64,000 nt of DNA. Origin: Sminthopsis crassicaudata (lineage: Eukaryota). The stretch covers positions 216,535,198 to 216,599,197 of the forward strand of contig NC_133622.1 of the NCBI RefSeq assembly GCF_048593235.1, written 5' to 3'. Below the pieces are notes generated by a model. That model worked only from the letters and a program-made list of their open reading frames with translations, did no database searches and was not told where the DNA came from. Shown here piece after piece: positions 1 to 12,540 of the stretch. The stretch's first letter is position 1, and every line of letters starts with the position of its first letter. Position numbers and translations under genes: made by a program.

Positions 1-157
1 TTCTTTCTTGTGCATTAATAAAGAGGGTCCCTCTCCTCATTGGGGGTTGATGACTTTATTGAGTCTGACCCATTTTATTAACAATTTTATAACTGTTAAT
101 AAACTGAATTTGCTAAGATATAATTCAGTTTACCTTTATCAAATTTATTTAAGACAC
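1..157 (+). mobile_element. Possible 3' end of an ERV-type LTR (cut by window start)
   Basis: AATAAA at 98-103, then a hairpin and a ...AAGACA end; layout resembles the LTR end at 16980-17030. Confidence 0.35.
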
Positions 158-924
158 ATCCAATCATTTCCTCATTTTTAAAACTTTCTACTTTAGTTGA
201 ACCTCCTAGAATCTGTACGCCATTGACAGACTCGTAGACCAGAATCACCTCAATACCATAAAGAAGAAAATAATCCCTTAAATTCAGGCCATTCCTTAGA
301 TTTCAACAATGAAAAAGCTGACAATTCTATCACTCTCAAGGATTGTAAATCTCTTTAATATACTTTATTTGTTTGTGCTTCTCAACAACCCTGGGAGCTG
401 GGGACCCCACTCTTCCTTGAACACTATTACCACCATCAGTGAATATATCCACTTGGTAAACTCCCAGTAGGAAATTCATTTTACCAATTCAAATTAATAA
501 TTCCTTTGTAATTTATAATCTTAAGATTAGATCAAAACATTTATTAAATGGTTACTATGGGCCAAGTATTCTTGAGAGAATTGCTTGGAACACTCAAAGG
601 ATAAAGATCAGATGAGCTACTATTTGTAAAATGTTCAGAATAGCACCTGGCACCTAGTAGGTGCTTAAGAAATGCTTCTTTCCTTTGTCTTTAATTATCT
701 GGAGTGCATCAGAGCTTGAAACTAGATTTCCCTGACTAGTATAGTAGATTATATCTGTCTACTATACTAAACTGCCTCAAAGATAGTCCTTCTGGGTATT
801 TTCTTTATTTCCTAGATGAAGTCACTTGTCCACGCCGAGACAGGATCCAAATCCAGATCTGAGTCCTTTGCTGTCTTTCCAGATGCTAATGTCTCTCCCT
901 CCAATTACTTCCTAGTTATTTATA

Positions 925-1045
925 TATTGTCTCCCCTAGTAGAATATAAGTTCCTTGAGGGCAAGGACCGTTTCATTTCAGTAACTCATTATCTAGCACA
1001 GTCCCTGACATGACATATTGTAGGTGTTTAATAATGTTTGCTGCC
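925..1045 (+). mobile_element. L2 LINE 3' end fragment
   Basis: tgtctcccctagtagaatataagttccttgagggcaaggac...tagcacagt...gtaggtgtttaataatgtttg matches the L2 3' terminus pattern. Confidence 0.7.
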
Positions 1046-2189
1046 CAGTGGTTATCACAGTGGTTGGTACCTACTCGATGGTTAATAAACACTTCTTGAT
1101 TCACTTCTGACTCCCGACTCCCAAGTCAGTACAAGTCCAGGATTTATCCACTGCCGCTCCTTAGCCAACCCTGTGAGCCTTCTAAGAGTGTTTGTTCTGC
1201 TACAAGTCTCCATGATGAAATATTAAAAAAAAAAATCACCACTAAGTTAGAAAGGCATATTGAATATTTATAGCTCACTAAGTCAGACTATATATGTTTA
1301 AATTAATGCTGTTTTATATGCAGCATAAATAGTTACTCCTGGTGTTACTTGCAAGGAAAATAAAGTCTGGCCCCCAAAGGCTAAGCTTCTGCTATGGGTA
1401 ATTGATAGCAGTCAGAAAAGCCAACTCCATTGCCAAAAATATCAGTTGCTTATCCCTAGAGCTAGCCGAGTATCCCGTATTAAAAGCCCCAGTATTCCAT
1501 GTGGAAGCCTGCAAGAAACAAGATTCTCTACATTTCCCAGATTTCCCTTCAGAGGACAAAGAACTCTTCTTAGGAATAAACAGTGTATAAAGTTCATGGA
1601 ATATCCCATAAAAGCAACAAGGTATATGCTAAAAATGCCAAAAAGGGGAAAGTCCTCATTTGTGGCCCACTGCCAATGTGTACATTAGGGCAGCAGTCTC
1701 AGAAATGGGTTCCTTTCCCCATCGTGGGCCCTTGCATTAATCCAAAGGGTTACCAAACCTAAAAATAGGAAGAGGGATCAAATCTGTACAACATACAACA
1801 TACCACCTCTTTCCCCATTAACAAGAAATACTACTCCATTATTCTCCCTTCTCATAGCTGGCCTCCTGTGGTTGGCCATGCTTTCAGCCTCTCTCCTTCT
1901 GTTCTGAGACATTGTGCCCTCAAGGCAGTTAGCTGTTACAGGGCACCTATAATGGAAACTGCAAAGCAAACCTTCCCCCCCCCCATACATACATCCTTGC
2001 CCAGACCACATCATTACGGTTTTAGGGACCTCAGACTCATATTTCCAATCTATCTTGAGTAAGAGCCACAAGTCCAACCTTTGTTCTCCTTCAGATAGAA
2101 TCCTCTACACAGAATGAGCAGATGTGGATAGCTTACAATCTACACTGCAGATTTCATTATATCATTTTTCTTGCCCTTCTGCCAGACTT

Positions 2190-2375
2190 CCATTTCTATC
2201 AAGGATCCCATCATCCTTCCAAGTTTCTGGTTTCTCACTGTCCTTGATCTTTCATTCAACTGAAACCTCTCTCTTTAAAGCTACAATGACTTCCTAATTG
2301 TCAGATCTGGTGGTCCTTTCTCAAACTTTATTCTTCCTGCCCTCCCTGAAGTATCTGATGACACTGATCACCATT
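2190..2375 (+). mobile_element. Degraded L2 internal fragment
   Basis: gaaacctctctctttaaagctacaatgacttcctaattgtcagatctggtggtcctttctc is typical L2 ORF2-region sequence. Confidence 0.5.
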
Positions 2376-2579
2376 CCTAGGTTAATGAAAAATCATAGAT
2401 GTCATTTCTTAAAAACAAACAAAAAAAAAAAAAAACAACTTTTTTAAGTATGCACACTTTACAAATATAGAAGCAGGGTTTTCTCAGCCATTTGAAAACT
2501 TCCCAAACCAAGATTTGTATTGGATTTTGAACCCATTGGTTTAAAAAAATATATGTAAAACACAGCACCTTACAATAGA

Positions 2580-3215
2580 TTACAAAAACAACTGATTATC
2601 CTCAGGAAACATAGAAATTTACAAGCCAAATTTCTATAAAAATCTTTGTATAATTGATATATTAGATTGAAAAATGAGTATCAAGATTTAGTTAGCCCAG
2701 TCAATACTATACTTCTTTTTTTTTAAATCAATGCAACTTCATGGAATATTTTTTTACACTATTACAATTAATCCCAAGTGTCAAAATAAGCTGAACTTAA
2801 AACCACACCTTGGAATTTTGGTATCACAAAGTACTAAAATATTTCTTTTAAAATAATACTATACAAAAATAATGAATTATATTCATATGAATATCATTCA
2901 AAATACTACTATGAATTATGATAATATAAACAACGATTTTACTATTAATTTAGCAGAAAAAGTTATATATTAATAAAACATTTTCAAAATATTATTTTAT
3001 CTGGATCTCTTTTAAATTTCTATTTATGTATAGCTGTATAATAAATCAGTATTAGTATAGTATAGGATTAAAATTTATATATACATATAATATATATATT
3101 ATATATATAAATATAAATATATATACACACACATATATATAATGAGATACATTCTCAAAATTTTTTCACCGATGGGATATGGGATCAAAAAAAAAAAAAA
3201 AATTTGCAGATTGCT
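2580..3215. mobile_element. AT-rich hAT DNA transposon remnant
   Basis: End motif ctcaaaattttttcaccgatgggatatgggatcaaaaaa resembles hAT termini; AT-rich body. Confidence 0.4.
3076..3141. repeat. (TA)n-rich simple repeat
   Basis: Read directly from sequence. Confidence 0.9.
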
Positions 3216-3606
3216 CGAGGCCCAAAAACAGCCAAGAGAGAGGAAACGGGAGTTTTTATTGTCCCAGCTCAGTCATAAAGCCAATATGATGCTCCTCAGC
3301 TTTCCCTACTCCACTTTTTCCCCATAGTAGAAAAGCCCAGAAAAAACTGAGCTCTTGCCTTCCCAAGCAAGTAAATTCTTTAGGCAGTACTTCCACCTAG
3401 TGGTTTGCATTGGAAATAAACCCATGAGCTTTGGTTTAGAAAAATAATCAAACTCCTTGTGCTATCCAAAGAACTATCACTTGGTTGGTTACACCATCAC
3501 ATACATCTGTCCCAAACCAAGCTCTTTCCCTTTCCCCTTAACTCTTCTTCTGACTAAACCATTTCTGTGTGGTACTTCTCTTTGCCCAGCTTCTTCTCAT
3601 ATACAA

Positions 3607-3644
3607 AACCTGGTAGTCTATTTGAACCTGGTAGTCTATTTGAA
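3607..3644. repeat. Perfect 18-bp tandem duplication (aacctggtagtctatttg x2)
   Basis: Copies at 3607-3624 and 3625-3642. Confidence 0.95.
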
Positions 3645-3818
3645 TGTTCTGTTTCCAGAATATTTCAGGTGCTAACCAGGACCTATCAGTTTACCTCTCA
3701 ATTCTTTTTTTTAAATCTATTACTTTCTATATTCCCACTGTCACCACCCCACTATAAGTCCTCATTACCCTTTGACCAATTTGATTGGAATCAACTTTCG
3801 GGATTTCTGGTTGCTGCC

Positions 3819-4090
3819 NNNNNNNNNNNNNNNNNNNNNNNNNNNNNNNNNNNNNNNNNNNNNNNNNNNNNNNNNNNNNNNNNNNNNNNNNNNNNNNNNN
3901 NNNNNNNNNNNNNNNNNNNNNNNNNNNNNNNNNNNNNNNNNNNNNNNNNNNNNNNNNNNNNNNNNNNNNNNNNNNNNNNNNNNNNNNNNNNNNNNNNNNN
4001 NNNNNNNNNNNNNNNNNNNNNNNNNNNNNNNNNNNNNNNNNNNNNNNNNNNNNNNNNNNNNNNNNNNNNNNNNNNNNNNNNNNNNNNNNN
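3819..4090. other. Assembly gap (N run)
   Basis: N bases; other gaps at 19791-19940, 28257-28378, 31139-31565, 55972-56119, 56354-56648, 60216-60400. Confidence 1.
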
Positions 4091-4337
4091 CTATTATTTA
4101 ATGAATAATACACAAACTTCTTTGGCATTTTGACCTAGATAACTTCTTGGTCAAATTGGACAGCTCTCTATACTTCCCCACCTTAAATACACTTTATTCT
4201 CATTTGTCTGTATGTAAACCTGGAATTCCCTACCTTCCTTTCTTTGCTTGTTGAAATATTATTCTTTCCTTAAGACTCATTTCAATGTCATCTTCTTCAT
4301 AAAGCCTTCTGTGATCAACAATGACTTCCTCCTTAGA

Positions 4338-4481
4338 TTTTTTTCCCCTGAGGCAGTTGGGTTTAAGTGACTTGCCCAGGGTCACACAGCTAGGAAGTTT
4401 TAAGTGTCTGAGGCTGGATTTGAACTCAGATTCTCCTGACTTCAAGGCTGGTGCTCTATCCACCATGCTATCTAGCTGCCC
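4338..4481 (-). mobile_element. WSINE1-type marsupial SINE
   Basis: Reverse of gggcagctaga...gagttcaaatccagcctcagacacttaa...ctaggtgtgaccctgggcaagtcacttaa pattern with a T-rich tail. Confidence 0.9.
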
Positions 4482-5896
4482 TCCCCACTAAGATTTTAAA
4501 AAGGCCTTTATCATATAACACATTTATCACATGATAAACCACCAATGCAGTATACACCTGTCTTATCCTCTTAACAAACTTTGAAAGGACAGAGACTAAG
4601 TCTTATCTAAACTTATCTACAGAACTTAGCACAGCACTCTGAGTACAATAGGTACTTAATAATTGTACCAGCCTTGAGCAGAAGATTTTTTCTAACATGG
4701 AAGATCTGATTATACTTCTCTGGATCATTGAACTGTGAAATTGAGTATCTAATATTATGCCCTCCTCATATGGGTAATCACAAGCTCACCTTAGATGCAT
4801 GTGGGCTCACAATGCTCAAAACATGAACAGTTTTATTAACAATGAATGAAAACAGAGAACTCATATCCCATAAAAAGTGGTGATAGGATATCTCCACACA
4901 CCTGTCCAGGAAGCAACTCAGCAATTAGAAATGTTCTCCATGGCTTATAGTATTGTTTTAGTTCATGCTTTCAAGTAGTCAGCAAATGTTCCTCCATGTA
5001 AATGCTTCCCCTCTACAATCCTTTTGTCTCCACTACGATGGTTGCATCTGACTACCTCAATTTCCTTCCAGTCTCAGTACACATCACTAGTTATAGATCT
5101 CCATTGCTAACTCTCTAGTGTAGTCTTTCACAGCTTCATTGCAAACATACTCAACTCTCAGATTGTCCTTTGTTTACCAGTCCAATTAACTATCCCCCAC
5201 TCTTCTACCCTATCTCCTCAGGTACTAGGAAGTGATAGATCCCTCATGACCTTCATCAAGGAACCAATAGTCTTAACTGGTTCATATAAGAAAAAAGATA
5301 AGATTCTCCATGCATTTTTACAATCATTATTTTTAAGTCTTCTTTTGTTAGTGGTCCCTACAGTTCCACACAAATTGTGTGTTAGAGCATAAAGAGAAAT
5401 ATTCTCTCCATGTGTCCAACATCATGTGAGCTCATGGCAACCCACTACTATTTTCCTTGTCTCTTCCAGAATTTAGGCAGTGTATCTCCCATTCTCTTCA
5501 ACAAATCCTACTAGATATAGGGTTTCAAGAGGAGTCCTCAAATTGATTTCCCACAATCCCCTGAGAACAATTCTTATAGTTTATTCAAATGGACTAGGAT
5601 TGCTTTCCAGAACATTTAGAAAACAAGATAGATTGTCGCCATCTCTCACCAGTGTAAATACCCATTCCCTGGGGAGAGACTGATTTGTTCTCACTGCCAC
5701 AAATGTTTGCTTTGTTGTCACTGTTAATATGGCATCAAGCTCATTAAGGAGATAGATACCTGAATGCAAGTCCTGGGATGTCTTATATCATACCAAGTAT
5801 AATTCTTTGGCTCAGCCAGTTTCTTCATCTACAAAATGAAGTTTGAATTAAATGATTTTTAAGTTGCTTAGCTAGGTGACACAGTAATTAGCACAG

Positions 5897-6152
5897 AGTA
5901 GGTGGAACAGTAGATAGAATGCCTGGCCTGAACTCAGAAAGATCCGAGTTCAAATCCAGACTCAAACTCTTACTTAGCTATGTGACCCTGGGCAAGTCAT
6001 TTAACCCTTATTTGTTTCAGTTTCTCACCTGTGAAATGGGAACACAATAGAGAAGGAAATAGCAAACGATTCTAGTATCTTTGAAAAAATTACAAAAACT
6101 CATTCATGTAGCTCATGGGATCACAAAGTATTGGATACAACTGAACAACAAA
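5897..6152 (+). mobile_element. MAR1/MIR CORE-SINE
   Basis: tRNA-like head, CORE (gtgaccctgggcaagtcatttaac...cagtttctcacctgtgaaatg) and MAR1 tail (gaaggaaatagcaaac...cacaaag...actgaacaacaa). Confidence 0.85.
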
Positions 6153-7306
6153 GTTCCTGCCAGCCCTAATGTTCTCTGGGATTATAAGAACCATGATACC
6201 CTAACTGTATAGACACATACAACAAGTATTTATCTTAATAAAGGAAGAGATGATTATAAAGCATATTGGCTTCTTGAACCTTTGACTCTTAGGGCAACAG
6301 CTATAGTAATAAAGATAAAAAATATATCACTATATCCAGAGGAAAATGGTATCTCTGTACCCCTAGAAAGGATGAAAATCACAGCATATCCCCCTAAAAT
6401 TGAGGTGAAAACAATTATCAAATGGGAGAACAGAAAAGGATAAAGATGGAAGTATAGAACAAGTGATAACACGCTGCTGAGATAAAATATAAGCTTATCC
6501 TAGATTTAAAACACCTCCTTCAGAATAATAAAATTTTCTTTCTAGTCTTCCTTTCCTATAGGTCCCTTTACACTTCCTATACACCCCCTTCCCAAACTCC
6601 CAAATTCATTCCATTTTCAGTATTCATGGGTTCCATCTTCCTATGAACTGCTCAGGCTTCTTATCTCTCTTCAAAGATCAGTTCAAGCTGTCACCTACTC
6701 CATTAAGCCTTTTCTGATACTGTTCTTCCTTCAAAGTAGCTTAAATATTAAGGTTAAGTTTCACCAAGTAGAGGTTTCCAAGGAAAAAGTAGGAAAGGGG
6801 ATAAAGCAGAGAGCCAGTGCCAGCAGAAATCAAACTTTCTGAGAGTAAGGGCATCTCACTTTTGTATACATATTGCAAATACCTGACACATAGTAGGGAT
6901 TTAATGTTTGTGTTGATTGAAACAAATGGACTAGAGATGAGAAATAAGATATTTTTAGATGTAGTAAATATTTGAATTTTGTTTCCCTCACTCTACTTAT
7001 ATTCTCTTTCCAAGATTGACAGAGAAACATAAACAGGTCCTACTGGATGACAAGTTGTAAATAGGACAAAAGGCAGATCAGAGCTAGTCACAAAAAACTG
7101 AATAAATTTGTTGATGATATAATAGGAGAGAGAAAATTAGAGTCACTGAGAGCCTGAATCCGAAGGACAGCATTTGGGAGGGGGGTAGTAAATAGCAGAT
7201 AATAGTAGACCTGGCTCTGTTCCTTACTCATTATATATTGGATAAGACATTTAATTTCTCTGGACTTCAGATTCTTTATCTGTTACAGAGAATGTTGAGC
7301 TTAGAT

Positions 7307-7842
7307 GAGTAGTTCTCAAAATTTGGTCAGAATACTCTTAGCGACTCCAAGACTATTTCAAGGGAGCTGTGAACTATTTTCATAATAACAATAATAAGTT
7401 TCTATTCAAATCTCCTCAATTTTCTTCACATACTTCAAGCAAAACAATATATTACAACAAATAGAATGCAGAAACAGAGATGAGAATCCAGCATCTTTTA
7501 TTAAGTCAACCATAAAAAAGAATTTGCAAAAATTGTAAAATAATGCCATTTCTCAATGACTGCTTTTTGCTTTGGAAAACAGTTATTAAAATTTTATACT
7601 AACATTTGTTTTTAATTTTAAAATTTAAATTAGAAAATTTATATTTTATTAAGGTTGTTTTATTAACATGTAATTAATTTATTTTAACGATGTTGATAAA
7701 TATTTTAAATGTATTAGTTTTAATTTCTAATATTATAGGTATTGATAAATATAATCCACATAAATAAAAGTTCTTTGGGGGGAAGGTCCTCAATTTTTAA
7801 AAAGATGTAGAGATTACAAGGCCAAAAAATTTAAGGTTCTAA
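7307..7842. mobile_element. hAT-Charlie non-autonomous DNA transposon
   Basis: Start gagtagttctcaaa, internal gaatgcagaaacagagatgagaatccagc...gaatttgcaaaaattgtaaaa, end ataatccacataaataaaagttctttgggg...ccaaaaaattt. Confidence 0.75.
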
Positions 7843-8262
7843 TATCTGTATACATAGCATATGTCCTCAGTAGACTATAAATAAAGACTTGCTATTTTTA
7901 ATCACTGTATTCCTATCGCCCCCAAAAATATTTTGAATATATTAGTCACTAGAGAAATGTTTATTGATTGAATAGGAAAAATTGAAGGAAAATACAGAAT
8001 GAATGTAAATACAAAAACAAAAGCTGGACACTAATTAGCCTTAACTCCAATTGAAAACTGTATTCTTAATTGATTCCATCACATGGCTGTGGGCAAACTA
8101 ATTTCTGGGCCTCAGTTTGCACATCTGTAAAATGATTTGGACTTATTTATATGATCATATGAAAATGAATCATTTTACAAAAAGAAGGCATATAAGCAGA
8201 GGGCAGAACTAAGATACCTATGTAACCTCAGCTAATATCTATAATGAGAGGGACAGTTATAC

Positions 8263-8312
8263 AATCACAAGCTCTACTTGGAGCTAGAATCACAAGATCT
8301 ACTTGGAGCTAG
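8263..8312. repeat. 25-bp tandem duplication (aatcacaagc/atctacttggagctag x2)
   Basis: Two copies with one mismatch at the end of a MIR/CR1-like fragment. Confidence 0.9.
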
Positions 8313-8364
8313 AAGGAACCTTAGAAGTCGCATGCTGGGGAAAAAAAAAAAAAAAAAAGACAAA

Positions 8365-8612
8365 AGAGATGGATTCAGAGAAACTTAGGAAAACGTGTGA
8401 ACTAATGCAGAGTGAAATCAACAGAACCAGGAGAACAATTTGTACCAATGACTATGATTACATAAATGATAACAATGCTTGAATAACTGACTACTATTCG
8501 AATCAAGGTTCTTCAATCATGATTTGAGATGATGGAAGAATGCCTTTCAACTCTTGACAGAGAATTAATGGACTAGAGATACAAAATAAAACATTTTCAG
8601 ATGTAGCCAACA
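8365..8612 (+). mobile_element. Old marsupial L1 3' UTR fragment
   Basis: gaactaatgcagagtgaaatcaacagaaccaggagaacaattt...aatggactagagat. Confidence 0.7.
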
Positions 8613-8839
8613 TTATGCTCTTTCCAACATTTACAGAGAAACACAAACATGTCCCACAGGATGAGAAGTTATAGATAGGTTTACACTCTTTAAAATTGAA
8701 AAGAGATCATGTGGATAAAATTCTGGATAAAGTAGACTCCAGTAAGTTTTGTATAAGCTAGAATAATGGTCCAGATAATCATAAATCAAAAGATAACTGG
8801 GACCTCAGAATCTATTTAAACTTTCTCATTTTATAAATA

Positions 8840-9088
8840 AGTAGGCGACATAGTGAACAGAGCATTGGACATGGAATCAAGAAAACCCGAGTTCAAATAT
8901 ATCCTCAGACATTTACAAGCTGCGACACCTTGGGTAAATCGTTCAGGGTTTGTCTCAGTTTACTCATCTGTAAATGAGAGTTATAACAGTATCTACCTCT
9001 AAGTGTTCTTGTAAAGATCAAATGAGATAATAATTGTAAAGCACTGATCACAGTGCCTGGCCCATATTAGATTCTACATATAAATGTT
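8840..9088 (+). mobile_element. MIR SINE, near full length
   Basis: Head, CORE and tail (gatcaaatgagataataattgtaaagcact...cacagtgcctggc). Confidence 0.85.
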
Positions 9089-9514
9089 CCAATCTCATTG
9101 TCAAGAAACAGATTCAAAAAGTGTCCATGATTTTCTCATGATCACAAAGTAGTATTGTTTAAGAAGTGTTTGAAGTCCAATCCTCCTGATACCAAGTTTA
9201 GTTTTCTGTCTCCTATACCACCTATTAAGCCATCATTTAATGGAATATTAAACTAGGGATGAACTGATGATTTTATTAACATAGGCAAGACTTCTTTCAG
9301 GGCAGCCCCCAAGTCATTCTACATACAATTCCTATAAGTATTTATCCACAAACCATCTAGAGAAGATCTGAGAAGATTGGAATTATCTCAATATTTTGCA
9401 GACATTAAACAATGTTTAACATACAGGTTGGCTTTTAGCTATACATTAATTTCACTAGATGATAGCCATGACCTTCTTTTCTATCCATCCATGTCCCTGA
9501 TGATTAATATCTTT

Positions 9515-9650
9515 TAAGCCAGAGGCAAACAAAGACATTATGTACAGAACAAAGCAAGTAATAGTCCCTTTGTCCTCTGGACTGTTTATACTGTTCTTAA
9601 AACACTGCCTTCCACATTTCAAGAGGGGCAATGGAAAGCTCTGAGAAAAA
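9515..9650 (+). mobile_element. CR1/L3 LINE fragment
   Basis: caagtaatagtccctttgtcctctggactg...ccacatttcaagaggggcaatggaaagct. Confidence 0.55.
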
Positions 9651-9735
9651 CAACAGTGAAATGACTGGATCCTTACCAGGATCTCTTGGGGGAAATGTAG
9701 ATATATAAGTTGAAGAAGGTCGGGAGAAATGTGAT

Positions 9736-9967
9736 TGTTGTTGTTCAGCCATATTTAACAATGCATTAGGGGTTTCTTAGCAACAATATAAGAGAGGTTT
9801 TCCATTTCCTTCTCCAGCTCATTTTACAGATGAGGAAATTGAGGCAAACAGGATGAAGTTACTTGCCCAGGATCACATAGCTAATAAGTGTCCGAGGTCA
9901 GATTTGAACCCAGGAAGATGACAGTCTTTTTTACCTCAGGCCCAGCATTTTATCCACTGTGCCACTA
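9736..9967 (-). mobile_element. MAR1 CORE-SINE
   Basis: ttgttgttgttcag...ccatttccttctccagctcattttacagatgaggaaattgaggc...gatttgaacccagg. Confidence 0.85.
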
Positions 9968-10105
9968 TTGTGTGCTTGAATCCAGGAGACAGTGGGATTA
10001 GAGACAAAATTTGGAGGCAGGCACTTTTCTGCATTATAAAAGAAAAAGCTTCCTAACAGTGCTATCCAAAAATAAAATGGGAGGAAACAATAATAAAAAA
10101 AAAAA

Positions 10106-10372
10106 TAATTCATATTTATATAGTACCTACTATGTACTAGAAACTATGCTAAGCAGATATTTACAGTTATATTTACATTTTAATCTCATTTGATCCTCAC
10201 AACAAATCCAAGAAATGAATGCTATTATTTTCCTAATTTTATAGATAAGGAAACTGAGGCAGACAGTGGTTAAGTGATATTCCCAAAGTCACACAATAAA
10301 TGTCTGAGGCTGATCTTGAACTCAGATCTTCCCAACTTCAGGTCCAGTATTCTATCCAGTACATGATCTAGT
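10106..10372 (-). mobile_element. MIR SINE
   Basis: atctcatttgatcctcacaac...gataaggaaactgaggcag...cttgaactcagatcttcc. Confidence 0.85.
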
Positions 10373-10511
10373 AATGGATTTCCCATCACTGTGGGTCTTC
10401 TAGTAGAAGACTAGAATTATGAAGGACATTGCACAGAGCATTTCTGCTTAAAAATAAATGGAACTAAATAAGGCATTAAATTCAAATAGAAATGGGGGCC
10501 ACTCAAGGAAC

Positions 10512-11102
10512 TAGAAATTGAATAGATGCTCATCAGTTAGAGAATGGCTGAATAAGTTACAGTACATGAATATAATAGAATATTATTATTCTATAAGAAA
10601 TGATCAGCAGGGTGATTTCAGAAAAGCTTAGAAAAATGTATAGCAATTAATGCTGAGGGAAGTGAGCAGCCCAGGAGAACACTGTATACAGAAACAAGAT
10701 TATGAGATGATCAACTGTGACCAACTTCAACAATGAAGTGGTTCAAGGCAATAAATTTGTGATGGAAAATATCATCTGCATCCACAAAGAGAACTATGGA
10801 GAATGAATGTGGATCAAAGCATAGTATTCTCACCTGTGTTATTGTCTTTTGCTTGTTTTCCCCTTATGTTTTTTTTCCCTTTTTCTGATTTTTTTTTTTT
10901 TTTGGTACAGCATGACAAATATGGAAATACGTTTAGAAAGAATCACACATGTTTAACCAATATCAGATTGCTTGCTGTCTTAGGGAGGGGGAAGGAGGGA
11001 AGAGAAGGAGAAAAATTTGGAACACAAGGTTTTGCAAAAGTGAATGATGAAAACTATATTTACATATATTTGGAAAAATTAAAAAGTTATTAAAATAAAA
11101 AA
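10512..11102 (+). mobile_element. 5'-truncated marsupial L1 (ORF2 end plus 3' UTR)
   Basis: gaaattgaatagatgctcatcagttagagaatggctgaataag...G-rich 3' UTR tract and A-rich tail. Confidence 0.85.
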
Positions 11103-11324
11103 GAAATACTCCAAAAAAAAGAAACCACTAAATCACATACAAACTTCTTTGTGACCCATACACTGAATTAGAAAAAACATTTTAATATTATCTCTGCATA
11201 TTTTCTTTACATCTATTATATTTTACTTACTTTTAAAAAATATTTTCCATTTACATTTTAATGTGGTTATCATATCCATTGTTATATTTGACACCTCTGA
11301 ACTAAAGGATTTCTGAAATTCAAC

Positions 11325-11582
11325 TCAGATTCCACAAATATTTAATAAACACATACTTTTCTTCCAGCACTGGGGATATAAAGAAAGGCAAAGACAGTGT
11401 TCCTGAAATTCATGATATAATAAAACAGACACTATGCACTTCTCTATAAATATAAGATATGAGTAGAATAAATGGAAAGAAATCTCAGAAGGAAGGCACC
11501 TGGGGAGTGGAAAGGGAACCAGGAAAATCTCCAGAAGAAGGTAGATTTTTGAGGTCACTCGAAGGCAGCCAGGAAAGCTGAA
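11325..11582 (-). mobile_element. L2 fragment
   Basis: caaatatttaataaacac...gcactggggatataaagaaaggcaaagacag followed by purine-rich L2 body. Confidence 0.65.
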
Positions 11583-12152
11583 TCATTATATATTGATGGA
11601 AAGACTCTCCCACCTGATGCCATCCTTTGAACGTTTCAAAGGAATTGCTGGAGTCCTAGAGCTTTGCTGTAATGAGATGTCTCTAAGAGAAGTGAGGGCC
11701 CTGGAGCGAGCAATAAGCCAAAAAAAATTAAGTACATAGAAACCCAAGGACCAGCATGAATAGCCCCTACCCTCCTCAAGAAGCTTAAATTTCTTTCAGG
11801 AGAAACAATGAATACTAGTCGGATACAAAATATATACACAATAAAGAAAGTTATCTGGGATAGAAACAATTACTGACACATTTAGCCAGACCCCTTCTGT
11901 TTACTATTAAGGGTTTAAAACTTCTCCAGATGGTAGGAGCCCTGAAGGTCATTTTCTCATCAGGATAGAGTAAGAAGCTGAATAAGGGACTTTCTCTTGG
12001 CCAGTTTCTCCACAATTTAAACAGGCACGTTTAGAGTATAGGGAAGGAGGAAGAAAGGAAAGAAAAGAAAGACTTAGTAAATGAAGGAAACGTTGTCATT
12101 TTCATCACCAAGAAGGGCTATACACTCTTTTATGCAGCTTATTTCAGAAGTT

Positions 12153-12320
12153 CAGTGGATAGAAGGCAGGACCTGGAGTCAGGAAGACTCATCTTCCCAA
12201 GTTCAAATCTGACTTCAGACATTTAATATCTGTGGGACCCTATTTTTCCTCATTTATAAAACAAATTAGACAAGGAATTGACAAGCCACTCCAGTATCTC
12301 TGCCTAGAAAAAACAGCGGA
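12153..12320 (+). mobile_element. MAR1 SINE (partial)
   Basis: agtggatagaaggcaggacctggagtcaggaagactcatcttcc...ccactccagtatctctgcc. Confidence 0.75.
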
Positions 12321-12540
12321 ACAACAATAACCATCTGCTGACATGTGTGACCTTCAGCTTCCTAAATAACTACTTTTTCTCTTCTTAAAGGGGAAAAGTC
12401 CTACCATGAAAATCATTTGTTGAGATAGAAACTGCCTAAAGTTCCAGGTGAAGAATATAAGCAGCATGAGATTATGGGCTTCTCTCCTAGAAAAGAGAAG
12501 ATTTTTGTGCAGCTTTAAAGAGAAAAGTAGACTTACTTAC

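Noticed and set aside
2879-2894. 16-bp palindrome atattcatatgaatat, and an AT-rich imperfect inverted repeat at 63013-63050
   Set aside because: Expected by chance in very AT-rich sequence.
6252-6443. 63-codon stop-free frame (DYKAYWLLEP...KWENRKG) with faint likeness to L1 ORF1
   Set aside because: No start or splice support, and the similarity is too weak to call.
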